From: Candidatus Kapaibacterium sp.
GTDB lineage: Bacteria > Bacteroidota > Ignavibacteria > Kapaibacteriales > UBA2268
DNA length: 64,000 bases
Direction: 5' to 3'
Assembly (NCBI GenBank): GCA_963665665.1
Contig: OY762428.1
Location: 5,184,001-5,248,000 of the forward strand
Below the pieces are notes generated by a model. That model was not told where the DNA came from and searched no databases. It worked only from the letters and a program-made list of their open reading frames with translations. Positions 49,551 through 58,058 of the stretch are shown in pieces. Every line of letters begins with the position of its first letter. Position 1 is the first letter of the stretch. The position numbers were made by a program, and so were the translations under genes.

Positions 49551-50282
49551 TTAATCTGTAAATGTCTTTTTATGTTTTTCCATTAACTCAACCATATCGG
49601 AAATTGTAAGAGCTTCAGCAACATTGTATTCACCGATATCAGTTCTCCTGAGAGCAAGAAGATAGCCTCCTGTTTCAAGTGTATTGCCAATGTCTCTGGC
49701 CAATGCCCTGATATAAGTGCCCTTGGAACATTCCACTTCAATATCAATCAGGGGATTATCGAATGAGTTCATTTTCAGGGTATGAATTTCCACTTCAACA
49801 GCTTCTATCTCTATTTCCTGATTCTTTCTGGCAAGCTTGTAAAGTCTTTTTCCTTTTACTTTCTTAGCAGAAAATATAGGTGGTTTCTGCATTATTTTAC
49901 CGGTATACTCCGGCAGCACCTTATTAACCATTTCATGAGTAATATGTGAACTGTCGGTTATATTTTCTTCCTCGCCTTCGGAATCATCTGTTTTAGTTGT
50001 AGCACCAAGTTTAATCACACCACTGTATTTTTTGGGAAGATTCTGGTAGTTGACAATAGTCTTTGTTGCTTTTCCAAAGCAGAGAATCAAAAGGCCTGTG
50101 GCCAGTGGATCCAGAGTACCGGCATGGCCAATTTTTTTGATATTCAGAAGGGGCCTGAGCTTTCCGATCACATCAAATGAAGTCCAGTCCGTACTTTTAT
50201 CAATCAGGGCCACAGCTCCGGTTGATTTTGCTTCTTTTAGCCAGAATGAGAAATTGTCTTTGTTTGATTTTGTGAGTATCAT
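49551..50282 (-). CDS. truB: tRNA pseudouridine(55) synthase
   Basis: KIGHAGTLDPLATG, PPIFSA and CSKGTYIRALARDIG. Confidence 0.97.
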   Translation of the reverse strand: MILTKSNKDNFSFWLKEAKSTGAVALIDKSTDWTSFDVIGKLRPLLNIKKIGHAGTLDPLATGLLILCFGKATKTIVNYQNLPKKYSGVIKLGATTKTDDSEGEEENITDSSHITHEMVNKVLPEYTGKIMQKPPIFSAKKVKGKRLYKLARKNQEIEIEAVEVEIHTLKMNSFDNPLIDIEVECSKGTYIRALARDIGNTLETGGYLLALRRTDIGEYNVAEALTISDMVELMEKHKKTFTD

Positions 50283-50653
50283 TATTCCGCGTCGTTATTT
50301 TCTTCAGTTTGTTCGGTTTTCTTAACAGAATCCAGCAGATCCTGAATTTTGTCCATCTGATCGAGTGTGTCGTCAAGGAAAAATCTGATCTCGGGGGTTT
50401 TTCTGGTTCTAATACTTCTGCCTAAAATTGAGCGAATATATCCGGCCTTAGCTTCCAAAACATTGATAAAGGCCGCGGGAGTTGTTTTTCCCCCGTAAAT
50501 ACTGACATATATTTTTGCAACGGAAAGGTCGCGCGAAAGCCGGACACTTGTTATGGTAACAAGCCCTGCATTTTTTTCCTCGGCAATTTCACTTATTGGC
50601 CTTGACAAGGATTTTTTTATTACGCTGGAAACTTTGTCTGCTCTGATTGACAT
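50282..50653 (-). CDS. rbfA: Ribosome-binding factor A
   Basis: VTITSVRLSRDLSVAKIYVS and RKTPEIRFFLD; syntenic position. Confidence 0.95.
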   Translation of the reverse strand: MSIRADKVSSVIKKSLSRPISEIAEEKNAGLVTITSVRLSRDLSVAKIYVSIYGGKTTPAAFINVLEAKAGYIRSILGRSIRTRKTPEIRFFLDDTLDQMDKIQDLLDSVKKTEQTEENNDAE

Positions 50654-50697
50654 TTTATTCCGTCCATTTTATTATCTATAAATAATTCAATTACTAA

Positions 50698-50740
50698 TTT
50701 GCCGAAAAGCATTCAATAGAGTTGACTGCTTTCCGGCAAA
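50698..50740 (-). terminator. Long hairpin between infB and rbfA
   Basis: TTTGCCG-AAAAGCA-TTCAA...TTGAC-TGCTTTC-CGGCAAA imperfect stem; could be a terminator or a processing stem. Confidence 0.5.
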
Positions 50741-50759
50741 AAATATTGTTTACTTTCTT

Positions 50760-53700
50760 TTACGAGAATTTTCTTTTTATTTCGACTTCTCTGTATGCTT
50801 CAATAATGTCATCCTGACGAACATCATTGTAGCCGTCAAGCTGAATACCACATTCATATGCTGTGTCAACTTCTTTCGTATCGTCTTTACCTCGTTTAAG
50901 CGAAGCAATAGTTCCGTTGAAAATTTCTAATCCGTCGCGTAAAAGTCTTACTTTATTGTTACGGTGAATCTTTCCGCTCAGTACATAACAACCGGCAATC
51001 GAGCCAAGACGACTGATCTTGAATACTTTTCTAACTTCAACAGTACCAAGAATTTCTTCTTCAATATCAGGAGTAAGAAGGCCTTCAAGAGCCAGTGTAA
51101 CATCATTAATACAATTGTAGATAATATCGTACTGGCGAATTTCAACAGCTTCGTTTTCTGCGATTCTCTTTGCCTGGCTTGTAGCGCTTTGATTAAATCC
51201 GATTATGATAGCGCCTGACGCAGATGCCAGAGTAACATCAGATTCTTTTATGGCTCCAACGCCTTTCAGGATAATATTAACCCTTACTTCATCACGTGAA
51301 AGCTTAAGCAATGAATCGCTTAGTGCTTCAACTGAACCAGCTACATCGCCTTTAATAATAAGGTTCAGATCTTTAACTCCACCAAGCTGAATTTGTGCAG
51401 AGATGTCATCAAGAGTAACATGCCTTATCTGCCTGAATTCCTGCTCGCGGCGCAGCTGCTGCCTTTCGATAGAAATCCTTCTCGCTTCGGAATCAGATTT
51501 TGCTACCATAAATATATCACCAGCTTCAGGTATTCCGTCGAAACCGATAACTCTTACGGGAGTACTCGGACCAATCTCAAATACTTTATTGCCTCTTTCA
51601 TCAAGCATTGCCCTTACTCTGCCGGAGAATGACCCTGCAACGAAAGGATCACCGATTCTGAGAGTACCTTTCTGGACGATAATTGTGGCTATGTTTCCAA
51701 GGCCTTTGGTCATGTGGGATTCAATTACAGTGCCTCTGGCAACCCTGTCAGGATTGGCTGTAAGTTCCAGCATTTCAGCTTCAAGCAAAATAGCGTCCAA
51801 AAGTTTGTCAACATTGATGCCTTTTTTAGCTGAAATTTCTACACTCTGGTATTTACCGCCCCAGTCTTCCACAAGAATATTGTGATCTGAAAGCTGTTGT
51901 TTAATCCTGTCGGGATTGGCATCAGGTTTGTCAATTTTGTTAATAGCCACAACAATTGGAACTTCTGCCGCCTGGGCATGGCTGATAGCTTCAATTGTCT
52001 GAGGCATAACAGCATCGTCGGCAGCAACAATCAGGATAACAATATCAGTTACCTGAGCACCCCTTGCCCTCATAGCCGTAAATGCTTCGTGGCCCGGAGT
52101 ATCAAGGAATGTTACTTTATTACCGCTATCAGTTTTCACCTGGTAGGCTCCAATATGCTGAGTGATTCCACCCGCCTCACCGGCAACAACGTTAGAATGC
52201 CTGATATAATCAAGAAGTGATGTTTTACCGTGATCAACATGGCCCATGATAGTAACGATAGGATGCCGGGGTAATAATGATTCTTCCGGATCTTCAATAT
52301 CAGTTACAACATCGAATGCTTTCTGTTCTACGAATTCCACTTCATAGCCATAATCATCAGCAATAAGAGTAATGGTGTCTTTATCAAGCCTTTGATTAAT
52401 TGTCACCATAATTCCAAGAGCAAGACATTTAAGGATAACATCGTTGGAATTAACATTCATCAGGTTTGCCAGGTCGCTGGTAGTCACAAATTCAGTAAGT
52501 TTAAGAATTTGAGATTCTTTTTCGGCCTGCTGTGCTGCAGCCATTTCTTTCTCTTCTCTCTCGGCTTTTTTCTTTTGCCTCATTTTGGAGCGTGAACCAC
52601 TGCCACCATGATGTTCCATACCCCTGAGAGTTTCCTTGATTGCCTTATCAACATCTTCCTGAGAAATAGATTCCCTGATAGATTTCCTTTTGCGTTTACG
52701 TTTTCTATCTTCAGGTTTAGCTTTTTTCTGCTGCTGTGCTTCCTGCTCGATGTTGATTTCCTTACCTTTGGTTTTTTTACGTCTTCTTTTTGATGTCTTT
52801 GTGTCCTGACTGTCGTCATCTTTTTTTTCGGCATCAGCTTTCTGAGGCCTTTTCTTTTTATTTCTTCTTTCCTGTTCCTGTTTCGCAGCAATATCAATTT
52901 TTCCTACAATTGTCAGGCCGGGGAGTTTCCTGTCGTCTTCTTCATCAAGATCGACTTCGAGTATTTTCTTGGATTTTTTCTTTCTCCTGGTAGGTTTACG
53001 GTCTGACTTGGAATTTCGGGAACTATTCCCGGATGAATCAGATTTGCTATCCTCGGAAACCTCTTCTCCGGATTCTCCGGTGGTTTTCTGAGCAGCAGCT
53101 TTTCCAGCAACATCCGCACCTTTATCTGATTTTATAGTATCGGCCTTAGCTTCCTGTTTTTCAGATTTTTTATCAACAACTTTATCTTTTGCAGTTTCAA
53201 CAGGTTTCTTTTCAGCAACAGGTACCTGGTTTCGTTTATCAGTTTCAACTTTGTGAACTTTTTCAGTGCCATCCTGAGATTTTACAGAAGCAGCATTCTG
53301 AGTTTCGGATTTAGATTCCTGTACAGGCTTCACTTCAGGAGCAGGCGCTTTTTCAACCTTCACTGTTGATTCATGTGCCTCTTTTTTCCTGGAACTGCGT
53401 TTAGCAGGCCTGGTGGGTTCCATTCTTTTTTCTAATTCAGCAAGGTCAATTTTTTCGAAAGGCTTGGGCTCGTCAGATATCTCATCTGTTTTGTCAACTG
53501 CAGGCTTTTCTTCTTTCTGCGGAACGGCTTTAGGTTCCTCAATAATTTTTTCTGCTTCGGTTGTACTTTTCGAAGCGTTATCAGTTACAACAGCTCCTGT
53601 ATCCGGCTGATCGTCAACGGAAGCAACGCCACTTACACTTGAAGTTTCATCATCAGATTGTTCTTCCGATTTGTCTTTTGTCCTGATTATTTTATGTTTA

Positions 53701-53930
53701 ACCAGTTTTTCTCTTTGAACTTCGGCAGCGCGTTTTTCCCTTTTGAATTTATCATAAATAAGTTCAATCAGATCGGGAGTAAGTGTGGTTGTTGCCTTGT
53801 TATCAATTTCATGGCCCTTGCTTGCCAGGAAGTCAACAATAGCATCCTTACCGATGTTTATTTCCGAAGCTATTTTAAAAAGTCTTTTTTTTCTGCCAGC
53901 AGTCATAAATCTTAATAATTTATTTATCAA
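50760..53930 (-). CDS. infB: Translation initiation factor IF-2
   Basis: MGHVDHGKTSLLD, EAGGITQHIGA, DTPGHEAF and NKID; long charged N-terminus. True start may be ATG 53906. Confidence 0.98.
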   Translation of the reverse strand: MINKLLRFMTAGRKKRLFKIASEINIGKDAIVDFLASKGHEIDNKATTTLTPDLIELIYDKFKREKRAAEVQREKLVKHKIIRTKDKSEEQSDDETSSVSGVASVDDQPDTGAVVTDNASKSTTEAEKIIEEPKAVPQKEEKPAVDKTDEISDEPKPFEKIDLAELEKRMEPTRPAKRSSRKKEAHESTVKVEKAPAPEVKPVQESKSETQNAASVKSQDGTEKVHKVETDKRNQVPVAEKKPVETAKDKVVDKKSEKQEAKADTIKSDKGADVAGKAAAQKTTGESGEEVSEDSKSDSSGNSSRNSKSDRKPTRRKKKSKKILEVDLDEEDDRKLPGLTIVGKIDIAAKQEQERRNKKKRPQKADAEKKDDDSQDTKTSKRRRKKTKGKEINIEQEAQQQKKAKPEDRKRKRKRKSIRESISQEDVDKAIKETLRGMEHHGGSGSRSKMRQKKKAEREEKEMAAAQQAEKESQILKLTEFVTTSDLANLMNVNSNDVILKCLALGIMVTINQRLDKDTITLIADDYGYEVEFVEQKAFDVVTDIEDPEESLLPRHPIVTIMGHVDHGKTSLLDYIRHSNVVAGEAGGITQHIGAYQVKTDSGNKVTFLDTPGHEAFTAMRARGAQVTDIVILIVAADDAVMPQTIEAISHAQAAEVPIVVAINKIDKPDANPDRIKQQLSDHNILVEDWGGKYQSVEISAKKGINVDKLLDAILLEAEMLELTANPDRVARGTVIESHMTKGLGNIATIIVQKGTLRIGDPFVAGSFSGRVRAMLDERGNKVFEIGPSTPVRVIGFDGIPEAGDIFMVAKSDSEARRISIERQQLRREQEFRQIRHVTLDDISAQIQLGGVKDLNLIIKGDVAGSVEALSDSLLKLSRDEVRVNIILKGVGAIKESDVTLASASGAIIIGFNQSATSQAKRIAENEAVEIRQYDIIYNCINDVTLALEGLLTPDIEEEILGTVEVRKVFKISRLGSIAGCYVLSGKIHRNNKVRLLRDGLEIFNGTIASLKRGKDDTKEVDTAYECGIQLDGYNDVRQDDIIEAYREVEIKRKFS

Positions 53931-54010
53931 TAACTTGTTTCAATCTTGTGTTCAATAATATTTGTATTGCCCGTAAAGGGATAACTATCAAATTCAATAA
54001 AATGCACTAA

Positions 54011-55381
54011 CTATATGTTATCGTCGGCCCTGTCCAGTATATCGTCGATAACATGGTCATCATCAGAATAGTTCTTTATTTCATCAATTGTTTCCTGGGT
54101 TTCTTTTTCTTCGAACTCTTCAAGCATAATTCTTCTGAGTTCAATAAGTTTATCCTTGGAAATCTCATCAAAAGCGAGCATAAACCCGACATCAGAATCA
54201 AGGAAGTCACGGGCGGACATAATACCTGATTCATTAAGAATATCAAGCAAGTCTTCGCCAAGTTCATCCTGGAATTCACTAAGGTCAATATCCTCGGCAC
54301 CTTCTTTGATCAGTGTAAGTGAGAATCCAGTAAGCTTGGATGCAAGGCGCACGTTCTGTCCGCTTTTACCAATTGCAAGCGATACCTGGTCTTCTGCTAC
54401 TGTAACATTTGCCGTTTTAGTTTCGCGGTCGAGAGAAATATCTTTAACCTTTGCCGGCGACAGACTTCTTGCAATAAATACTTCAAGGTTGTCTGAGTGC
54501 TGTATAAGATCGATATTCTCGTTGTTCAATTCTCGAACGATGGAATGTATCCTGATACCTTTCATACCAACGCAGGCTCCAACAGGATCGACTCTGTCGT
54601 CGAAGGAAACCACGGCAACTTTAGATCTTTCACCGGGATCGCGGGCTATAGCTCTGATTTGAATGATTCCGTCATAAATTTCAGGAATTTCAATTTCAAA
54701 CAATCTGGCAAGAAAGTCTTCCGAAGCTCTGGAAAGAATTATTTCCGGTTGGCTTCCCTGGCCTGACCTTTTTACTTCTTTAATAATTGCCTTGATTGTC
54801 TGGTTTTTCTTGAATTTATATGGTTCGTTCGGAATTTGCTCTTCCCTTGTCAGGCGCATTTCCACACCTTCGTGCATGATAAGAATATCATGTCGTCTGA
54901 CCTGGTATATCTCACCAATGATGATCTCGCCAACGCGTTTTTCATATTCCTGGTAAATGTTGTCTTTTTCAACTTCCCTGATCCTCTGGTTCAGGTTCTG
55001 TGTTGCCAGAGATATAAGCCTTCTGCCGAAGTTGTCGGCAATATTATCAAGGGTAATTTCTTCGATGAATTCATCGCCAAGCTCGTAATCATCCTCGACA
55101 GCATATTTCATAGCCTCTTCAAGGCTGATTTCGAGTGAAGGGTCTTCGACTTCTTCAACAACGGTACGTAGCAGGTAAATTTCAATATCACCTTTGTCCA
55201 TATTTACAATTATCTCGAAATTAGCCTCGGGGGTGTATTTTTTCCTGATAATCATTGATATGGTTTCTTCGACGATACCTTGCAGAAGGTCGCGGTCGAT
55301 ATTCTTGCTTTTAGCCATCTCTGCAAAAGCATCGATGATTACTTTTTTATCTACCTGGAATTTCTTTTTGCGACGACGCAT
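54011..55381 (-). CDS. nusA: Transcription termination factor NusA
   Basis: LFEIEIPEIYDG, ARDPGERSKVAV, DPVGACVG and SLAIGKSGQNVRLA. Confidence 0.97.
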   Translation of the reverse strand: MRRRKKKFQVDKKVIIDAFAEMAKSKNIDRDLLQGIVEETISMIIRKKYTPEANFEIIVNMDKGDIEIYLLRTVVEEVEDPSLEISLEEAMKYAVEDDYELGDEFIEEITLDNIADNFGRRLISLATQNLNQRIREVEKDNIYQEYEKRVGEIIIGEIYQVRRHDILIMHEGVEMRLTREEQIPNEPYKFKKNQTIKAIIKEVKRSGQGSQPEIILSRASEDFLARLFEIEIPEIYDGIIQIRAIARDPGERSKVAVVSFDDRVDPVGACVGMKGIRIHSIVRELNNENIDLIQHSDNLEVFIARSLSPAKVKDISLDRETKTANVTVAEDQVSLAIGKSGQNVRLASKLTGFSLTLIKEGAEDIDLSEFQDELGEDLLDILNESGIMSARDFLDSDVGFMLAFDEISKDKLIELRRIMLEEFEEKETQETIDEIKNYSDDDHVIDDILDRADDNI

Positions 55382-55713
55382 GATCTAAAACAACTATGTT
55401 AATAAAAATTTCTTTAGTTAGCAGCGGACAAATTATTCCCCGAATAAAAAAAGGGCTCATCAGCCCGTCACTGATTACAAAAATACAACTTTTTGAGTGT
55501 TCGGCAATGACATAAATTAAAAAAATCAATTTTTTTTATTATCAATCCTTGCTTCAATCCGTTTAATTTTCAAATTTTCAACAAAATTATGAAACTTATC
55601 TGTAATTTAAAGCTAATTAATTCGTTAAATCAGAAAATTAACAAAATTTTCTACATTTAACTAAGTTATTGAAAATTATATGATATTATAAAAATTACTA
55701 TTGGAGATTAATA

Positions 55714-56877
55714 ATGGCTTTTCAGGGTGTTGACTATTATAACATGGATGAACTTTTTACATCCGACGAAATACTTGTAAGGGATACGGTTAGAGATTTT
55801 ACTACTAACGAGGTAATACCACTTATAGAAGAATATTATATGAAGGGAGAATTCCCGATGGACCTTATTCCGAAGATGGCGGAACTTGGCCTGTTGGGAA
55901 TAACCATTCCGGAAGAGTTCGGTGGTGCCGGAGCCAACAGTACCTGCTACGGCCTTGCGATGCAGGAACTTGAAAGGGGAGACTCGGGCGTTAGGTCATT
56001 TGCATCTGTTCTTAATTCACTTGTGATGTTTCCTATCAATGAATATGGGACAATTGAACAGAAAAAGAAATGGTTGCCAAAGCTTGCTTCGGGTGAGGCC
56101 ATAGGATGCTTCGGCCTGACAGAACCGGATTATGGCTCAAATCCCGGCGGGATGGTAACCAAAGCTGAAAAAATTGACGGCGGATACCTTCTTAACGGTG
56201 CAAAAATGTGGATTACGAATGGTACTTTTGCCGATGTTGCTGTAGTTTGGGCAAAATTTGAAGGCAAAGTGCATGGTTTTCTTGTAGAAAAAGGAATGAA
56301 CGGATTCACAGCCCCGGAAATGAAAGGCAAACATTCATTAAGGGCTTCTGTTACTTCCGAATTGGTATTCAGGGATGTTGAAATACCCGAAGAAAACAGG
56401 CTTGAAGTTACAGGTTTAAGGGGGCCGCTCAGCTGCCTGAACAAAGCCCGCTACGGAATAGCCTGGGGAGCTGTAGGAGCGGCAATGTCTGTATATGATT
56501 CGTCCGTGGAATACGCAAAATCCAGGATTCAGTTCGGCAAACCGATTGCCGCTTTCCAGATACAGCAGCAAAAACTTGCCGATATGCTTACCGAGATCAC
56601 TAAAGCGCAATTGCTGAATTTCAGGCTAGGACGATTAATGGACGAAGGCAGGGCGCGCCACCAGCAGGTTTCGCTGGCAAAGCGTAACAATGTATATATG
56701 GCTTTGCAGGCCTCGCGCACAGCGAGGGAAATCCACGGAGCCAATGGCATAACTAATGAATACCCGATTATGCGCCATGCAGCTAACCTGGAATCGGTAC
56801 ATACTTACGAGGGAACTTATGACATTCACACATTGGTTCTCGGGGAGGATATTACAGGCATTCCGGCTTTTAAATAA
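55714..56877 (+). CDS. gcdH: Acyl-CoA dehydrogenase, glutaryl-CoA dehydrogenase type
   Basis: ELERGDSGVRS, GCFGLTEPDYGSNP, GAKMWITNG, ARYGIAWG and NLESVHTYEGT. Confidence 0.85.
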   Translation: MAFQGVDYYNMDELFTSDEILVRDTVRDFTTNEVIPLIEEYYMKGEFPMDLIPKMAELGLLGITIPEEFGGAGANSTCYGLAMQELERGDSGVRSFASVLNSLVMFPINEYGTIEQKKKWLPKLASGEAIGCFGLTEPDYGSNPGGMVTKAEKIDGGYLLNGAKMWITNGTFADVAVVWAKFEGKVHGFLVEKGMNGFTAPEMKGKHSLRASVTSELVFRDVEIPEENRLEVTGLRGPLSCLNKARYGIAWGAVGAAMSVYDSSVEYAKSRIQFGKPIAAFQIQQQKLADMLTEITKAQLLNFRLGRLMDEGRARHQQVSLAKRNNVYMALQASRTAREIHGANGITNEYPIMRHAANLESVHTYEGTYDIHTLVLGEDITGIPAFK

Positions 56878-56880
56878 ACT

Positions 56881-56913
56881 CTTGTCAATAGTGATTTCTT
56901 ATTGCTAAATTTG
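56881..56913 (+). promoter_or_regulatory. Bacteroidota-type promoter (-33 TTG / -7 TAnnTTTG) driving the intergenic RNA
   Basis: CTTG (56881-56884), a 21-nt spacer, then TAAATTTG (56906-56913); no credible plus-strand CDS follows. Confidence 0.6.
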
Positions 56914-56920
56914 CTGTTTG

Positions 56921-57209
56921 TCATGGGGTACCCGTAAGGCGGGTTGGCGAAAAATTAGATTGAGAATAAATTCAAGAAGAAGAAACCACACCTTTAATCC
57001 CCTCCAATGGAGGGGAATGATATCTAATTTTTTCTTTTCCTTACGAAGCTTGGCATCAAAGTATCATAGTAAAACTTAGTAGGAAATACTCAATCCCAAG
57101 TTCAAATTGGGATGTAGAGAATAACTGTGGAAAGAGATAATATCACCACCATTTTTCTGATTATTCCTACTTGCAGATGTCCAACACCGTTAAGCGTAGG
57201 ACATCTTTT
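56921..57209 (+). ncRNA. Structured non-coding RNA candidate (~290 nt), possibly IMES-4-related (unverified recollection)
   Basis: Has its own promoter. Stems: CCCG/CGGG; AAAAATTAGAT/ATCTAATTTTT; ATCCCAA/TTGGGAT; GTAG-A-GAATAA/TTATTC-CTAC enclosing GTGG/CCAC; terminal AGATGTCC/GGACATCT followed by Ts. Lies between convergent genes. Confidence 0.6.
56998..57016. repeat. Short GC-rich REP-like palindrome inside the ncRNA candidate
   Basis: TCCCCTCCA-A-TGGAGGGGA, preceded by CCACACCTTTAA. Confidence 0.5.
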
Positions 57210-57236
57210 AATAAATCATTTTTTATGCTACCAGGC

Positions 57237-58049
57237 TTACACGTATTCTCTTCTAAGCTCATCAAGCATATCGTCCGTAAGTTTTTCTTTCTTACGGATT
57301 TCCGCGAACTTATCCAGCAGGTCGTTGGTGGTAAGGCGGCGTTTTTCCTCAAGGGAAATATCTTCAATTACTTCGCCTTTGTTCATCATTATTGTCCTGT
57401 TGCCGAGTTCCAGGGCCTGCTGCATGGAATGCGTTACCATTACAGTTGTCAGTTTGTCACGTTCAACAAATTTCTTTGTCAGCTTAATTACCTGCGCCGC
57501 CGATTTCGGATCGAGCGCTGCGGTGTGTTCGTCCAGCAGAAGCACTTTGGGCTTTAATATAACTGACATAAGCAGAGTCAGAGCCTGGCGCTGCCCGCCT
57601 GAAAGCGAGCCTATCTTGTTGGACAGCCTGCCTTCAAGCTGCATTTCCAATGCCTGAACATCTTCGGACAGTTCTCCCATTCGTGACTTGCTAAGCCCCC
57701 CGAAAGGCATCCTTTTCCTGCCGCGAAGCGAGGCTATATGCAGGTTCTCTGCAATTGTCATATTAGCGGCAGTCCCCTGGAAAGGATTCTGGAACACCCT
57801 TGAGATCAGCTTTGCCCGCTGGTAATCCTTTTTGTGAGTCATGTCCTTTCCGTCGATAAGTATAGTTCCCCTGTCGGGCAGGAAAGTTCCTGCTATTGCA
57901 TTCAGAAGCGTTGACTTTCCGGAACCGTTTGTTCCGATAATAGTAATAAAATCGCCGTCGTTTATATGGAGGTCAATGTTTTTCAGAGCATAAACCTCGT
58001 TTATACTACCGGGATTAAAAGTCTTGTGAAGGTTTTCAATTTTAATCAT
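57237..58049 (-). CDS. ABC transporter ATP-binding protein (putative aromatic amino-acid/TrpXYZ-type family)
   Basis: GTNGSGKST, RVFQNP, LSGGQRQ and LLLDEHTAALDP. Confidence 0.93.
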   Translation of the reverse strand: MIKIENLHKTFNPGSINEVYALKNIDLHINDGDFITIIGTNGSGKSTLLNAIAGTFLPDRGTILIDGKDMTHKKDYQRAKLISRVFQNPFQGTAANMTIAENLHIASLRGRKRMPFGGLSKSRMGELSEDVQALEMQLEGRLSNKIGSLSGGQRQALTLLMSVILKPKVLLLDEHTAALDPKSAAQVIKLTKKFVERDKLTTVMVTHSMQQALELGNRTIMMNKGEVIEDISLEEKRRLTTNDLLDKFAEIRKKEKLTDDMLDELRREYV

Positions 58050-58058
58050 TTTTCTCTC

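Noticed and set aside
56921-57100. TPP riboswitch (GGGGTACC...TGAGA...ATAC)
   Set aside because: The GAACCTGA...AT...GCG.AGG core is absent, and no downstream same-strand gene exists.
57127-57657. Plus-strand ORFs of 176 and 128 aa
   Set aside because: Antisense shadows of the ABC ATPase gene with no recognisable motifs.
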